From: an uncultured Gammaproteobacteria bacterium | GTDB taxonomy: Bacteria; Patescibacteriota; Microgenomatia; Levybacterales; UBA12049 | Length of the DNA: 64,000 nt | Reading direction: 5' to 3' | NCBI GenBank assembly: GCA_964553245.1 | Contig: CAZKJM010000002.1 | Coordinates: 5,878 to 69,877, forward strand | Part shown: piece by piece, positions 17,341 through 27,016 of the stretch | Position numbering within the stretch: the stretch's first letter is position 1 | Layout of the letters: the number at the start of each line of letters is the position of its first letter | The notes under the pieces: generated by a model | Told to the model about the DNA's origin: nothing | Database searches by the model: none | Seen by the model: only the letters and a program-made list of their open reading frames with translations | Position numbers and translations under genes: made by a program

Positions 17341-17730
17341 ATGGACAATAAGATAAATGTTCCTATTTTTGTTGAAAGCAGATATAAAATTAATAGAAAG
17401 CGCATTAAAAAAGCGGTCGTTGATTTATTAAGTAAACAAGAGGTTACAGGGGAAATAGAAGTTTCTATTGCAGTAGTCGGAGATAGAAAAATGCGCGAGC
17501 TTTCCAAAAAATATAAAAATGAAGACAAAACCAGGAGTATTTTATCTTTTTCTCAAACGGAAGGAGAATTAATTGAAAGTCCAAGAAATGTTTTAAGGCT
17601 TGGGGATATTGTTCTTTCTTTTCCTCAAATAATTAATGATGCAGCAAAGGAAGAAAAATTAGTTGATGATAAAGTGGATGAATTAGTAGAGCATGGTCTT
17701 TTACACTTGCTTGGAATACACCATGATTAA
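17341..17730 (+). CDS. ybeY: rRNA maturation endoribonuclease YbeY
   Basis: ILSF, LGDIVLS, HGLLHLLGIHH. Confidence 0.92.
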   Translation: MDNKINVPIFVESRYKINRKRIKKAVVDLLSKQEVTGEIEVSIAVVGDRKMRELSKKYKNEDKTRSILSFSQTEGELIESPRNVLRLGDIVLSFPQIINDAAKEEKLVDDKVDELVEHGLLHLLGIHHD

Positions 17731-17732
17731 AA

Positions 17733-17827
17733 AATCCGAAGCACGAATATCGAAAATCGAAACAATAATAAAAATTAAAATGACAAAAATTCAAAACGTT
17801 TAGGATTTCGAATTTTAAGCTTTAGCA
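17733..17827. repeat. Heptamer array of a second type (CGAAnnn) with a partial inverted arm
   Basis: CGAAGCA CGAATAT CGAAAAT CGAAACA (17737-17764), AT spacer, then GTTTAGG ATTTCGA ATTTTAA. Confidence 0.7.
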
Positions 17828-17832
17828 GTTCT

Positions 17833-19245
17833 ATGGTTTTTTATAGAAAATACAGACCTCAAAAAATTGAAGATTTAGATAGCGCTTATGTTCGTGAAAC
17901 TTTAAAATCAGTTTTCGAAGACAAGGATTTTCCGCACGCATTTTTATTTACAGGACCAAAAGGACTTGGTAAAACATCAACAGCAAGAATTATTGCTAAG
18001 GTAATCAATTGCGAAAAAATAAATGACTATTCTGCAATAAAAATAAAGGGGAAAGAAGCAAGTGTAAAACTAGAATCAGCAAAAAAATCCATAGAGCCGT
18101 GTAATAAGTGCGATCAATGTGCATCGATTACAAACGGTTCCAACATAGACATTTTAGAAATTGATGGGGCATCAAATAGAGGAATAGACGAGATAAGAGA
18201 TTTAAAAGAAAAAATAAAACTTTCTCCTGCCAAGGCACTTAAAAAAGTTTACATAATTGACGAGGTTCATATGCTTACAACAGAAGCGTTTAATGCGCTT
18301 TTAAAAACTTTAGAAGAGCCACCTAGTCATGCGGTTTTTATTCTTTGCACAACTGAACCTCATAAAGTACCCGAAACTATACTCTCTCGTTGTTTTAGAA
18401 TTCTTTTTAAAAGAGCCACCAAAGAAGAGTTGTTAAGATCTTTTAAACGCATTGTTTTTTCAGAAAAAATTAATATAGAAGATGAAGCGCTAGAGTTAAT
18501 AGCTGGTCTTTCCGATGGAAGCTTTAGGGATGGTACCAAAATACTTGAAGAAATTTCCGTTATTTCCAAAGGAAAAAAGATTACAAAAGAACTTTTGGAA
18601 GAAAAATACAAAGTTTTAAGCACAAAAAAATATATAGAAGAAATATTAAAGTCTTTGGAAGAAAAAGATGCAAAAAAAGGACTTTTAATTATCGGGAAAA
18701 TTGTAAAAGAAGGGCTAGATGTAAAATATTTTATAGAGCAAATGATCAATAGCTTGCATGAAGAATTATTGTTAAAAGTGGGAGTTTTAAATAATAATTC
18801 CAAAATAAAGCTTTCTATAGAAGATATTTCAAAGTTAATGAAATTAATGATAAAAGCAAATATGGACTTAAGATATTCACCAATCCCACAATTGCCATTA
18901 GAAATTGCTTTAATTGAATGGTCAATAAAAGATGAGGAGAAAAAAGAGATTAAAGAAAAAGTTTATAAAGATATTAAAAAAAATGAAACTATTTTGGAAA
19001 CACAAAAAACAACAGATTTTTGGCAAAGCTTAATAGATGGGGTAAAGCAGCATAACCACTCTATAGCAGGGGTTTTAAGGGGTTGCAATTTAGCAAGTGT
19101 TGATGATAATAAAATAGTTATAGAAACAAGTTTTAAATTTCATAAAGAAAAATTAGACGAACCAAAAATAAGAGAAATAATAGAAAAGACAACGGAAGAA
19201 ATCGGAAATAAGAGATTAGATTTATCCGTTAATATTAAAAAATAA
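17833..19245 (+). CDS. dnaX: DNA polymerase III subunit gamma/tau
   Basis: YRKYRPQ, GPKGLGKTS, PCNKCDQC, DEVHML, NALLKTLEEPP, SRC. Confidence 0.96.
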   Translation: MVFYRKYRPQKIEDLDSAYVRETLKSVFEDKDFPHAFLFTGPKGLGKTSTARIIAKVINCEKINDYSAIKIKGKEASVKLESAKKSIEPCNKCDQCASITNGSNIDILEIDGASNRGIDEIRDLKEKIKLSPAKALKKVYIIDEVHMLTTEAFNALLKTLEEPPSHAVFILCTTEPHKVPETILSRCFRILFKRATKEELLRSFKRIVFSEKINIEDEALELIAGLSDGSFRDGTKILEEISVISKGKKITKELLEEKYKVLSTKKYIEEILKSLEEKDAKKGLLIIGKIVKEGLDVKYFIEQMINSLHEELLLKVGVLNNNSKIKLSIEDISKLMKLMIKANMDLRYSPIPQLPLEIALIEWSIKDEEKKEIKEKVYKDIKKNETILETQKTTDFWQSLIDGVKQHNHSIAGVLRGCNLASVDDNKIVIETSFKFHKEKLDEPKIREIIEKTTEEIGNKRLDLSVNIKK

Positions 19246-19259
19246 GGGGGTGATTTTTT

Positions 19260-19541
19260 ATGTTTAATCCATTTGGACAATTGGGTGATCTTAAAAAAAT
19301 GAGAGATCAGGCAATGCAAATTCAAAAAGAATTGGAAAAAGAAGAAATTAATGTGGAAAAACACGGTGTAGAAATAGTAATTTCCGGGGATCAAAAAATA
19401 AGAGAAATTAAAACAAACGGAAAAAGTGATAACGATATTAAAGAAGCAGTGAATGAAGCGGTAAAAAAATCTCAGGAAATTGCAGCAAAAAAACTTGCAT
19501 CTATGAGTGGAGGATTGGGAGGGTTATTGGGAGGAAGATAA
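19260..19541 (+). CDS. YbaB/EbfC nucleoid-associated protein
   Basis: Q.MQIQKEL, VEIVISGDQKI; dnaX-ybaB-(prs)-recR synteny. Confidence 0.85.
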   Translation: MFNPFGQLGDLKKMRDQAMQIQKELEKEEINVEKHGVEIVISGDQKIREIKTNGKSDNDIKEAVNEAVKKSQEIAAKKLASMSGGLGGLLGGR

Positions 19542-19545
19542 ATTT

Positions 19546-20445
19546 ATGAAAATTGTTTCCGGAAGTTCTAATAAGCCCTTGGCGGAAAAAATTGCGAAAA
19601 ACCTAAACACGTCCTTATCGGGTGTTGAGATATTTGTTTTTCCGGATAAAGAAAGAAGGATAAGGATTTTAGATAAGGTTTTGGATTCAAATTGCGCTGT
19701 TGTTCAGGCTGCAGACACGCCCGCAGACCAAAAATATATGGAGCTTTTCTTTTTAGTTGACGGATTAAAAAGAAGCGGTGCAGAATCTGTAACGGCAGTA
19801 ATTCCATATCTTGGTTATCAAAGACAAGATCATATTTTTAGGGAAGGTGAAGCAGTTTCTTTACAGGTAATTGTCGAAACGTTGGAAGCAGTTGGGGTAG
19901 ATAAAATAATTACAGTTGACTTGCATACTATAAAAATTCCGGAATTGTTTAAAATTCCGATAATTCACCTATCGGCTCTTTCTATTTTTGCAGAAAAGAT
20001 AAAAGAAATCGAAAATAATCTTAGGAAAATAGTTTTAGTTTCTCCAGATATGGGAGGAATAAGAAGGATAAAAATACTTTCGGAAATGCTTGGTAATTGT
20101 TCTTATGCCACAATAAATAAGGATAGGGATTTATCAACGGGAACAGTTTCTGCTAAAGAAATAGAAGGCGAAGTTGACGGAAAAATTGCAATAATTGTTG
20201 ACGATATGATTTCTACAGGAAACACAATTTTGACAGCAGCAAAACTTCTTAAAGAAAAAGGCGCAGAAAAGATTTACGTGTTCGCAACACACGGAATATT
20301 TTCCGATGATGCAGGAAAAAATCTGCAAAATAATTTAATAGGAAAAGTTTTTGTTACAGATAGCGTTTTTATTTCGAAAGAAAAATGTTTTGAAAAACTT
20401 GAGGTTTTAACAATTTCAACATTAATTGCAAATAACTTAAAATGA
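19546..20445 (+). CDS. prs: Ribose-phosphate pyrophosphokinase
   Basis: PYLGYQRQD, DLH, VSPDMGG, VDDMISTGNT, ATHG. Confidence 0.93.
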   Translation: MKIVSGSSNKPLAEKIAKNLNTSLSGVEIFVFPDKERRIRILDKVLDSNCAVVQAADTPADQKYMELFFLVDGLKRSGAESVTAVIPYLGYQRQDHIFREGEAVSLQVIVETLEAVGVDKIITVDLHTIKIPELFKIPIIHLSALSIFAEKIKEIENNLRKIVLVSPDMGGIRRIKILSEMLGNCSYATINKDRDLSTGTVSAKEIEGEVDGKIAIIVDDMISTGNTILTAAKLLKEKGAEKIYVFATHGIFSDDAGKNLQNNLIGKVFVTDSVFISKEKCFEKLEVLTISTLIANNLK

Positions 20446-21056
20446 GAATTCCAAAAGCGATACAGAATTTAATTGAGTCTTTCGAGAAACTTCCCGGAAT
20501 CGGACCAAAAACAGCACAAAGATTAACTTTTTATCTTTTACATGTTCCCCAAGGTGAATTGGATAAATTTTCAAGTTCAATTGAAAATTTAAAAAAACAA
20601 ACGGTTTTTTGTTCCGAATGTTTTATGATTGGAGAAAATAATCCTTGCAGTATTTGTTCGGATTCAACTAGAGATGATTCTTTATTATGTGTAGTTGAGC
20701 AACCATTAGACGTTTTAGCTCTTGAAAAAAATGGAAAATTTAACGGAAAATATCATGTGCTTCACGGAAAAATTGATCCTTTGAATAATATTGGACCGGA
20801 CGAAATCTATATAAAACAACTTTTTCACAGGTTAAAACTTAATCCGCAAATTAAAGAAATAATATTAGCAACCAATCCGACAATGGAAGGAGAAGCAACG
20901 GCAATGTACATTAACAAAAATCTCAACTCTCACTTATCGAATCGAGCAAAGCCTAAAGTTACAAGAATTGGGAGAGGGCTGCCGGTTGGAGCAGATTTAG
21001 AGTATGCGGATGAAATAACTTTGCAAAGGGCAATGGAAGGAAGAAGCGAATACTAA
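20442..21056 (+). CDS. recR: Recombination mediator RecR
   Basis: LPGIGPKTAQRL, CSEC..CSIC, YHVLHG, ATNPTMEGEATA. Confidence 0.96.
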   Translation: MRIPKAIQNLIESFEKLPGIGPKTAQRLTFYLLHVPQGELDKFSSSIENLKKQTVFCSECFMIGENNPCSICSDSTRDDSLLCVVEQPLDVLALEKNGKFNGKYHVLHGKIDPLNNIGPDEIYIKQLFHRLKLNPQIKEIILATNPTMEGEATAMYINKNLNSHLSNRAKPKVTRIGRGLPVGADLEYADEITLQRAMEGRSEY

Positions 21057-21058
21057 GA

Positions 21059-21130
21059 TAGCAAATAGCATATGGCTGATAGGTAGTAGCACATAGATAG
21101 AAATAGAAACTATTTGCTATATGCAATAAA
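21059..21130. repeat. Heptamer inverted-array element G (empty)
   Basis: TAGCAAA TAGCATA TGGCTGA TAGGTAG TAGCACA TAGATAG, then CTATTTG CTATATG CAATAAA. Confidence 0.8.
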
Positions 21131-21146
21131 TCTAAAAAACTAATAT

Positions 21147-21683
21147 ATGGATAAAACAGGTTTATTTGGAGAAATTTTAGAACAAGGACAAAGCGTTGCA
21201 AGCGATACGAAAAATGTAGTTAAGGGTCAGTTAACCGGATTTGGAAAAGCAGCTAAATCCCAAATTGCCCCATCGTTTAGTCAAGTTCAACAATCAAATC
21301 AAAAAATCGATAATAATTCACAACAAAAAACTACGGATGAAAAGACTGAATCAGAAAAAAAAGAAATGCTTGGGCATTTATATGGAATAAAAGACGATAA
21401 GAATAGAATTGACAGTAAGCATCAAGCTAGTAAGTCTCAAGACATAAAGAGTCAAGAGGATCAGGAAAAAATAAAGCAATTGAGGAATAGGTTACATAAT
21501 GAGTATTATCAAAATTTGGTAAATCCTCCTAAGCCAAAAGAAGAGAGACCACAGGAAAAATTGGAAAGAGAAAAACAGCAGGAAATGAATGATCTTTCAA
21601 AAAAAGAAAAAGAAAAACCAAAACCGCTTGCGGTCCAAAGAGCGCAGCAGTCTACGGAAAAATTTAGAGGAGCAAGCGGATAA
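21147..21683 (+). CDS. Hypothetical hydrophilic coiled-coil protein
   Basis: 178-aa Q/K/E-rich ORF. Confidence 0.7.
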   Translation: MDKTGLFGEILEQGQSVASDTKNVVKGQLTGFGKAAKSQIAPSFSQVQQSNQKIDNNSQQKTTDEKTESEKKEMLGHLYGIKDDKNRIDSKHQASKSQDIKSQEDQEKIKQLRNRLHNEYYQNLVNPPKPKEERPQEKLEREKQQEMNDLSKKEKEKPKPLAVQRAQQSTEKFRGASG

Positions 21684-21685
21684 AA

Positions 21686-21720
21686 AGAATTTAGAATATG
21701 GAATTTAAAATTAAGAGCTA
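21686..21720 (+). repeat. Degenerate heptamer array (AGAATTT type)
   Basis: AGAATTT AGAATAT GGAATTT AAAATTA AGAGCTA; a similar run lies in the rpsB tail at 9971-9998. Confidence 0.5.
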
Positions 21721-21733
21721 ATATAATACAGGA

Positions 21734-23170
21734 ATGTTAAAGATTTTTAATACATTAACAAGACAAATCGAAGACTTTCAGCCAATAGATGCGTATAACG
21801 TAAAAGTATATGCTTGTGGCCCTACGGTATATGATTACGCTCACATCGGTCATATGCGAAGATATGTCGGAGACGATATTTTAATTAGAGTGTTGGAATT
21901 CGATGGCTATAAAGTTACTCATGCAATGAATATTACGGATGTTGGTCATCTTGTATCTGATCAGGATACAGGAGAAGATAAAATGGAAAAAGGCGCTAAG
22001 AAACTTGGTTTATCTGTTAATGAAATTGCAAAAAAGTTTGAAAATCAATTTATAAACAGTATGAAACTTTTGGGAAACAAGATGCCGGATTTACTGCTAA
22101 GAGCAACCGAGCATATTCAAGAGCAAATAGAATTAATTCAGATCTTAGAAGAAAAGGGATTTACTTATAAAACAAAAGATGGAATTTATTTTGATACTTC
22201 AAAATTTCCGGAGTATGATCAATTATCAAAACAACCTTTGGAAAATATTAAAGCAGGGGTAAGAATCGATTTAGGGGAAAAAAGAAATCCAACAGATTTT
22301 GCTTTGTGGAAATTTTCCTATTCAAATGGAAGATCCTTCGACTCTGCTCAGGATGGCTCCGCTTCGCGTCGCCAAATGGAGTGGGAGAGTCCTTGGGGCG
22401 TTGGATTTCCGGGTTGGCATATTGAATGCAGTGCAATGTCTATGAAGGCATTGGGTTTGTCTTTTGATATCCACACAGGTGGAATTGACCATATTAATAT
22501 TCACCACACAAACGAAATCGCACAGTCTGAAGCGGCGTCCGGAAAAAAATTCGTTAATTATTGGGTGCATCATAATTTTTTAACAGTTGAGGATGAAAAA
22601 ATGAGTAAAAGTTTGGGAAATTTTTATACGGTTGAGGATATTGTTAAACAGGGGTATGAGCCATTGGCTCTTCGTTATTTATATCTTCAGACTCATTATA
22701 GACAAGAGATGAATTTTACTTTCGATGCTTTAAAAGCAGCGAATGTTGCCTTGAATAAATTAAGAGATGAGGTTTTATCATGGGATGATCCGGACGGGAA
22801 AGGGGTTGAAGATTATGAAAATTTATTTTTTGAAACAATTAATAATGACTTAAATATGTCAAAAGCGCTTTCCATTGTTTGGGAAACTGTAAAAAGTAAT
22901 TATCCAACATCCGCAAAAAAAGAAACGATATTAAGATTTGATAAAGTTCTTGGTCTTGATTTGGAAAACGCCCAAAAATACAGAAAAAGAATTGATAAAG
23001 TTTCGGAAAAGGTTTTAAAAATGGTTGAGGAGAGAGAAAGATTAAGAAAAGAAAAACATTATCATATGGCAGATGAGCTTCGTTTTAAAATTCAAAAAAT
23101 GGGTTACGATGTAGAGGATAAAAAAGAGGGTCCAAAAATAATCGTGTTTGACAAATCAAAACAAAATTAG
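21734..23170 (+). CDS. cysS: Cysteine--tRNA ligase
   Basis: CGPTVY, HIGH, DFALWK, PGWHIECSAM, KMSKS. Confidence 0.97.
   Translation: MLKIFNTLTRQIEDFQPIDAYNVKVYACGPTVYDYAHIGHMRRYVGDDILIRVLEFDGYKVTHAMNITDVGHLVSDQDTGEDKMEKGAKKLGLSVNEIAKKFENQFINSMKLLGNKMPDLLLRATEHIQEQIELIQILEEKGFTYKTKDGIYFDTSKFPEYDQLSKQPLENIKAGVRIDLGEKRNPTDFALWKFSYSNGRSFDSAQDGSASRRQMEWESPWGVGFPGWHIECSAMSMKALGLSFDIHTGGIDHINIHHTNEIAQSEAASGKKFVNYWVHHNFLTVEDEKMSKSLGNFYTVEDIVKQGYEPLALRYLYLQTHYRQEMNFTFDALKAANVALNKLRDEVLSWDDPDGKGVEDYENLFFETINNDLNMSKALSIVWETVKSNYPTSAKKETILRFDKVLGLDLENAQKYRKRIDKVSEKVLKMVEERERLRKEKHYHMADELRFKIQKMGYDVEDKKEGPKIIVFDKSKQN
22333..22354 (+). repeat. Short palindromic insertion in cysS (encodes RSFDSAQD)
   Basis: ATCCT-TCGACTCTGCTC-AGGAT inside an extra-long loop between LWKFS and RQMEW. 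Confidence 0.55.
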
Positions 23171-23192
23171 TTACTCTTAAATTAAGAAAAAA

Positions 23193-23420
23193 ATGAGTGT
23201 TGAAATTTATACTGGGGGAAACGGTATTATTTCGAGCAGAACTATTTTGGGCACAGTTGAGGAGCGTAGTCCAGCTTGCAATAAAATTATAGAAAAATCG
23301 TACGTAAGTGGATATGTTCCGGAGCTTGGATCGATGCATCAGGGCTTAACCGGTTTAGAGACAGAGATAATAAGAGTAAAAGGAATTAAAGTTCATAAAT
23401 ATAACGTAGTTGAAAAATAA
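23193..23420 (+). CDS. Hypothetical small protein
   Basis: 75-aa ORF with upstream TTGACA (23148) and TACTCT (23172). Confidence 0.5.
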   Translation: MSVEIYTGGNGIISSRTILGTVEERSPACNKIIEKSYVSGYVPELGSMHQGLTGLETEIIRVKGIKVHKYNVVEK

Positions 23421-23421
23421 G

Positions 23422-24072
23422 ATGAAAAAAATTAAAAATTTATTAGTTTTATTAACATCGATTTTTGTTTTTTCGATACCTTTTATTCAGACATATGCTT
23501 TGACATCAAATAGTAACAAAGGCTTGAATGGCTTAACTGCAAAAGAACGAATCGCTAATACAGAATCAAATAAAGGAACGGAAAGCGCAATTAAAGCTAA
23601 GGAAAATCTTAGAAAAAAACTTGAAGGCTTAAAATTAAAAGCCTGTCAAAATAAAGCGAATGCAATAAAAATCCGATCAAGGAATATTGTTGGACATGCG
23701 ATTAAGCAAATAGAAGTTTTCGATAAAATTGCTAGTAGAACATCCGAATTTTACAACGATAAAATTATTCCACAGGGAAAAACATTGGAAAATTACGATG
23801 AGTTAATAGGGGAAATAAATGCAAAAAAAGATGCGATTAAGCCATTAATTGAAGCAGCAAAAACAGATGTGGAAGAATTTAATTGTGAAAGTGAAGGGCC
23901 GGCAAATAAGATTAATCAATTTAAGGAGGATATAAAAGCAATAATAGAAGCTATGCAGGCGTATAAAAAATCAGTTAAGAATTTAATAGTAGCGGTAAGA
24001 ACATTAGCGGGTGATATTGATTTAAAAACAACCGTAACTGTAACGCCGGCTACAGAAAATACACAAGAATAA
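23422..24072 (+). CDS. Secreted coiled-coil protein
   Basis: Signal peptide (TYA-L), helical heptads, two Cys. Confidence 0.75.
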   Translation: MKKIKNLLVLLTSIFVFSIPFIQTYALTSNSNKGLNGLTAKERIANTESNKGTESAIKAKENLRKKLEGLKLKACQNKANAIKIRSRNIVGHAIKQIEVFDKIASRTSEFYNDKIIPQGKTLENYDELIGEINAKKDAIKPLIEAAKTDVEEFNCESEGPANKINQFKEDIKAIIEAMQAYKKSVKNLIVAVRTLAGDIDLKTTVTVTPATENTQE

Positions 24073-24075
24073 AAT

Positions 24076-24450
24076 ATGGAAAATCAAAATCAAAATTTAA
24101 ATCCAAATAATCAAGTCAATCCAATTCAGGAAATTCAAAAACCTGTGAATACTGGCAGTAATAAACTATTTTTCGGAATAATATTTATTTTTGCCATTAT
24201 GATTATCGGCGGTTTTTTAATTTATAAAAATTATTTTGCTCAAACAAGCCAGGTTGCTAAGACTAATCAGGCTTCAGTAAACACAGTTGCTTCTTCGGAA
24301 AATGAGGAAATTAAAACAGTTGCCGATAGTTTATTTAAATCAAAAGCAGAATTGGATACTGCTCTAGCTGAAATTGATAATATGAATACAAGTACAATAG
24401 ACAACGAATTAGCAAAAAACGATTCTGATGTTTCTACGTTTTCCGAGTAA
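24076..24450 (+). CDS. Hypothetical single-pass membrane protein
   Basis: N/Q-rich N-terminus, TM segment LFFGIIFIFAIMIIGGFLIY. Confidence 0.75.
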   Translation: MENQNQNLNPNNQVNPIQEIQKPVNTGSNKLFFGIIFIFAIMIIGGFLIYKNYFAQTSQVAKTNQASVNTVASSENEEIKTVADSLFKSKAELDTALAEIDNMNTSTIDNELAKNDSDVSTFSE

Positions 24451-25437
24451 CTATTTTTGAATTAGTTTTTTAACTGCAGTTTTTATTGAGTTTTTGTCTA
24501 GCCCGTATTTATTCATTAATTCATTCGCCGTTCCTGATTCTGCAAAAGTATTTTTAAGACCAATAAATTCCATCGGAGAAGGAAATTCTCTTGCTAAAAT
24601 TTCTGCAATTATTCCACCCAGTCCTCCTTCGGTTTGATGATCTTCACAGGTTACGACTTTACCGCATTTTTTAGCAAGTTTAACAATGGTTTGTTCGTCA
24701 ATTGGTTTAAGAGTTGTTATATTTGCAACTAATACTTCTATGTTTTCTTTTTTTAATTCATCCGCCGCAACAAGTGCTTGATAAACCATATGACCTGTTG
24801 CAAAGATTGCTACTTTTGGATTTTGTGATTCCCAAAAAATCTGAATTTTATTAAAATCAAATTTCGTTTCATTAGTTGTTATTATAGGTGTTTTTTCTCT
24901 TGAAAATCTTAAATAAAATGGACCTTGATTCTGTCCTGAATAAATAGTTGCCTTTTTAGCTTCTATTGAATCACAAGGGCAAATGATATTAACATTCGGC
25001 CAAGCTCTAACAGATGCAATATCTTCTGTTGCTTGATGTGTGACCCCATCTTGGCCTGTAACAATTCCTGCATGATGTCCTGCTATTTTTACATTGGCAT
25101 TGTTGTAAATAATAGTAGTTCTAATTGTTTCCCAATTTTTACCGGGAGAAAAAACAGAATAGGAAGAAATAAACGGTATTTTTCCGGACACTGCAAGTCC
25201 GGCTGCAATTGCTGCCATATTTTGCTCTGCTACTCCGCATTCAAAATATCTATCGGGAAATTTTTTGGCAAATTCTTCATTTCTTGTAGATTCGGATAAA
25301 TCCGCTGATAGGCAAACGACGTTTTTGTCCTCTTTTCCCAGTTCCAAAATTCCTTTTCCGAAACCATCTCTGGTTGGTGCTTTTTCCACATTTTCGTCAA
25401 ATATCTCTGGATTTAATTTTAAATTTTGATTAAGCAT
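24451..25437 (-). CDS. Transketolase, C-terminal subunit
   Basis: LSADL..ST, GVAEQNM, GQDGVTHQ, EDHQ..GGLG. Confidence 0.93.
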   Translation of the reverse strand: MLNQNLKLNPEIFDENVEKAPTRDGFGKGILELGKEDKNVVCLSADLSESTRNEEFAKKFPDRYFECGVAEQNMAAIAAGLAVSGKIPFISSYSVFSPGKNWETIRTTIIYNNANVKIAGHHAGIVTGQDGVTHQATEDIASVRAWPNVNIICPCDSIEAKKATIYSGQNQGPFYLRFSREKTPIITTNETKFDFNKIQIFWESQNPKVAIFATGHMVYQALVAADELKKENIEVLVANITTLKPIDEQTIVKLAKKCGKVVTCEDHQTEGGLGGIIAEILAREFPSPMEFIGLKNTFAESGTANELMNKYGLDKNSIKTAVKKLIQK

Positions 25438-25534
25438 AAAAATTTGTTATGATTTCGCTTTAAAATAAATTTTTCTGATGATCTGTAATTAGCTTACATC
25501 TTTTAGAAAAATTTTATTTCTCTTTTACTCATAA

Positions 25535-26359
25535 TTATTGGTCAGCAAGCTCTTTTAGAGCCTGATTCGCCTCTTCTTTGTTGGGTGCTTTTCCGTGCCA
25601 TAAATAATCATTTTCCATAAAACTGACCCCTTTTCCGGGAATTGTTTTTGCGATAATAGCTAAAGGTTTATCTATATGGTTTTGGATATTTTCTAATGTG
25701 TTAATAATTTCTTCAATGTTATTTCCATCAATTTCAAAAACGCTCCAATTAAAAGTGATATATTTTTCCTTTAACGGCTCAAGCGGCATAACATTTTCTG
25801 TATTTCCGGTTATTTGAATATTGTTTCTATCAACTATCATCGTTAGATTGTTTAGTTTATTTTTTCCTGCAAACATTACTGCTTCCCAATGATTTCCTTC
25901 TTGATGTTCGCCATCGGAAGCTATGCAGTATGTTCTGTAATTTTTTTTATCCAAAATTCCTGCAAGAGTTACTCCAATTGCCTGCGATAATCCTTCTCCT
26001 AAAGGACCTGAAGTCGTTTCAATTCCCGGTAATGAATTTCTGTGCGGGTGTCCCTGAAGTCGGGAATTAATTTTTCTTAATGTTTTTAATTCCTCAATTG
26101 GAAAATAATTTGCCATTGCAAGACAGGTATATTGAATGGGACAAATGTGACCGTTGGATAAAACCAATCTGTCGCGGTCTTTCCACAATGGATCTTTTGG
26201 ATTATGTTTTAGTAAATGAAAATAAAGGGAAACAAAAATATCTGCCATTCCTAACGGTCCCGCTGTGTGTCCGGATCCTGCCTCGGTAAGCATCTTAATT
26301 AACAATCTTCTTGCTTCGCTCGCTTTTTTTTTAAGCTCTAAAAGCTTATTTTTATCCAC
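25535..26359 (-). CDS. Transketolase, N-terminal subunit
   Basis: GSGH, DRLVLSNGH, LQGHP, SDGEHQEG..WEA TPP motif, WHGKAP. Confidence 0.93.
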   Translation of the reverse strand: MDKNKLLELKKKASEARRLLIKMLTEAGSGHTAGPLGMADIFVSLYFHLLKHNPKDPLWKDRDRLVLSNGHICPIQYTCLAMANYFPIEELKTLRKINSRLQGHPHRNSLPGIETTSGPLGEGLSQAIGVTLAGILDKKNYRTYCIASDGEHQEGNHWEAVMFAGKNKLNNLTMIVDRNNIQITGNTENVMPLEPLKEKYITFNWSVFEIDGNNIEEIINTLENIQNHIDKPLAIIAKTIPGKGVSFMENDYLWHGKAPNKEEANQALKELADQ

Positions 26360-26442
26360 GATTTTATCGTAGCATTATAAATGTTTGGTTTCAATGATTT
26401 CCGTGCATAAATAAAATTAATAATGTATAATATGAAAGTTTT

Positions 26443-27009
26443 ATGGATAAAAATTTTTTATACATAATGCTTGGAGTTGCTATAATATTAATAATTATTC
26501 TTGCAACCTCACAAAATAAAGCAGTCAATAAGCAGCCGGGGGATATTATGAATGATTTGTTAACATCACCAAGTCCAACAGTAAATCTTAATCAACAGAG
26601 TCAACAGGGTTCAACTACGACTTCGACGACTATTGATACTAATCAAACAGATTTACCAGTACAGACATTAGAAGGCGGGCTTAAGATTCAAGATATTACT
26701 ATTGGAGAAGGGGAAGAGGTAAAATCAGGAGATACGATTTCTATTCACTATAAAGGAACATTGGAAAACGGAACAAAATTTGACAGTTCTTATGACCGTG
26801 GAGAACCATTTGAAACTCAAATCGGTGTCGGACGAGTAATAAAAGGTTGGGATTTGGGTGTTATTGGCATGAAGGTCGGGGGTAAAAGGAAAATGATTAT
26901 TCCGCCCAGTTTGGGATACGGCAGTCAGTCAGTTGGAGAAATACCTGCTAATTCCACTTTAATATTTGACGTAGAGCTTGTTTCGATAAAAAAATCTTCA
27001 GGGGAATAA
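26443..27009 (+). CDS. Membrane-anchored FKBP-type peptidyl-prolyl isomerase
   Basis: HYKGTL..GTKFDSSYDRG, VIKGWD.G, IPP.LGYG, IPANSTLIFDVEL. Confidence 0.95.
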   Translation: MDKNFLYIMLGVAIILIIILATSQNKAVNKQPGDIMNDLLTSPSPTVNLNQQSQQGSTTTSTTIDTNQTDLPVQTLEGGLKIQDITIGEGEEVKSGDTISIHYKGTLENGTKFDSSYDRGEPFETQIGVGRVIKGWDLGVIGMKVGGKRKMIIPPSLGYGSQSVGEIPANSTLIFDVELVSIKKSSGE

Positions 27010-27016
27010 TTTATAG

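Noticed and set aside
18670-18682. dnaX programmed -1 frameshift at an A-run
   Set aside because: A-runs are ubiquitous in this AT-rich DNA and no stimulatory hairpin or SD is evident.
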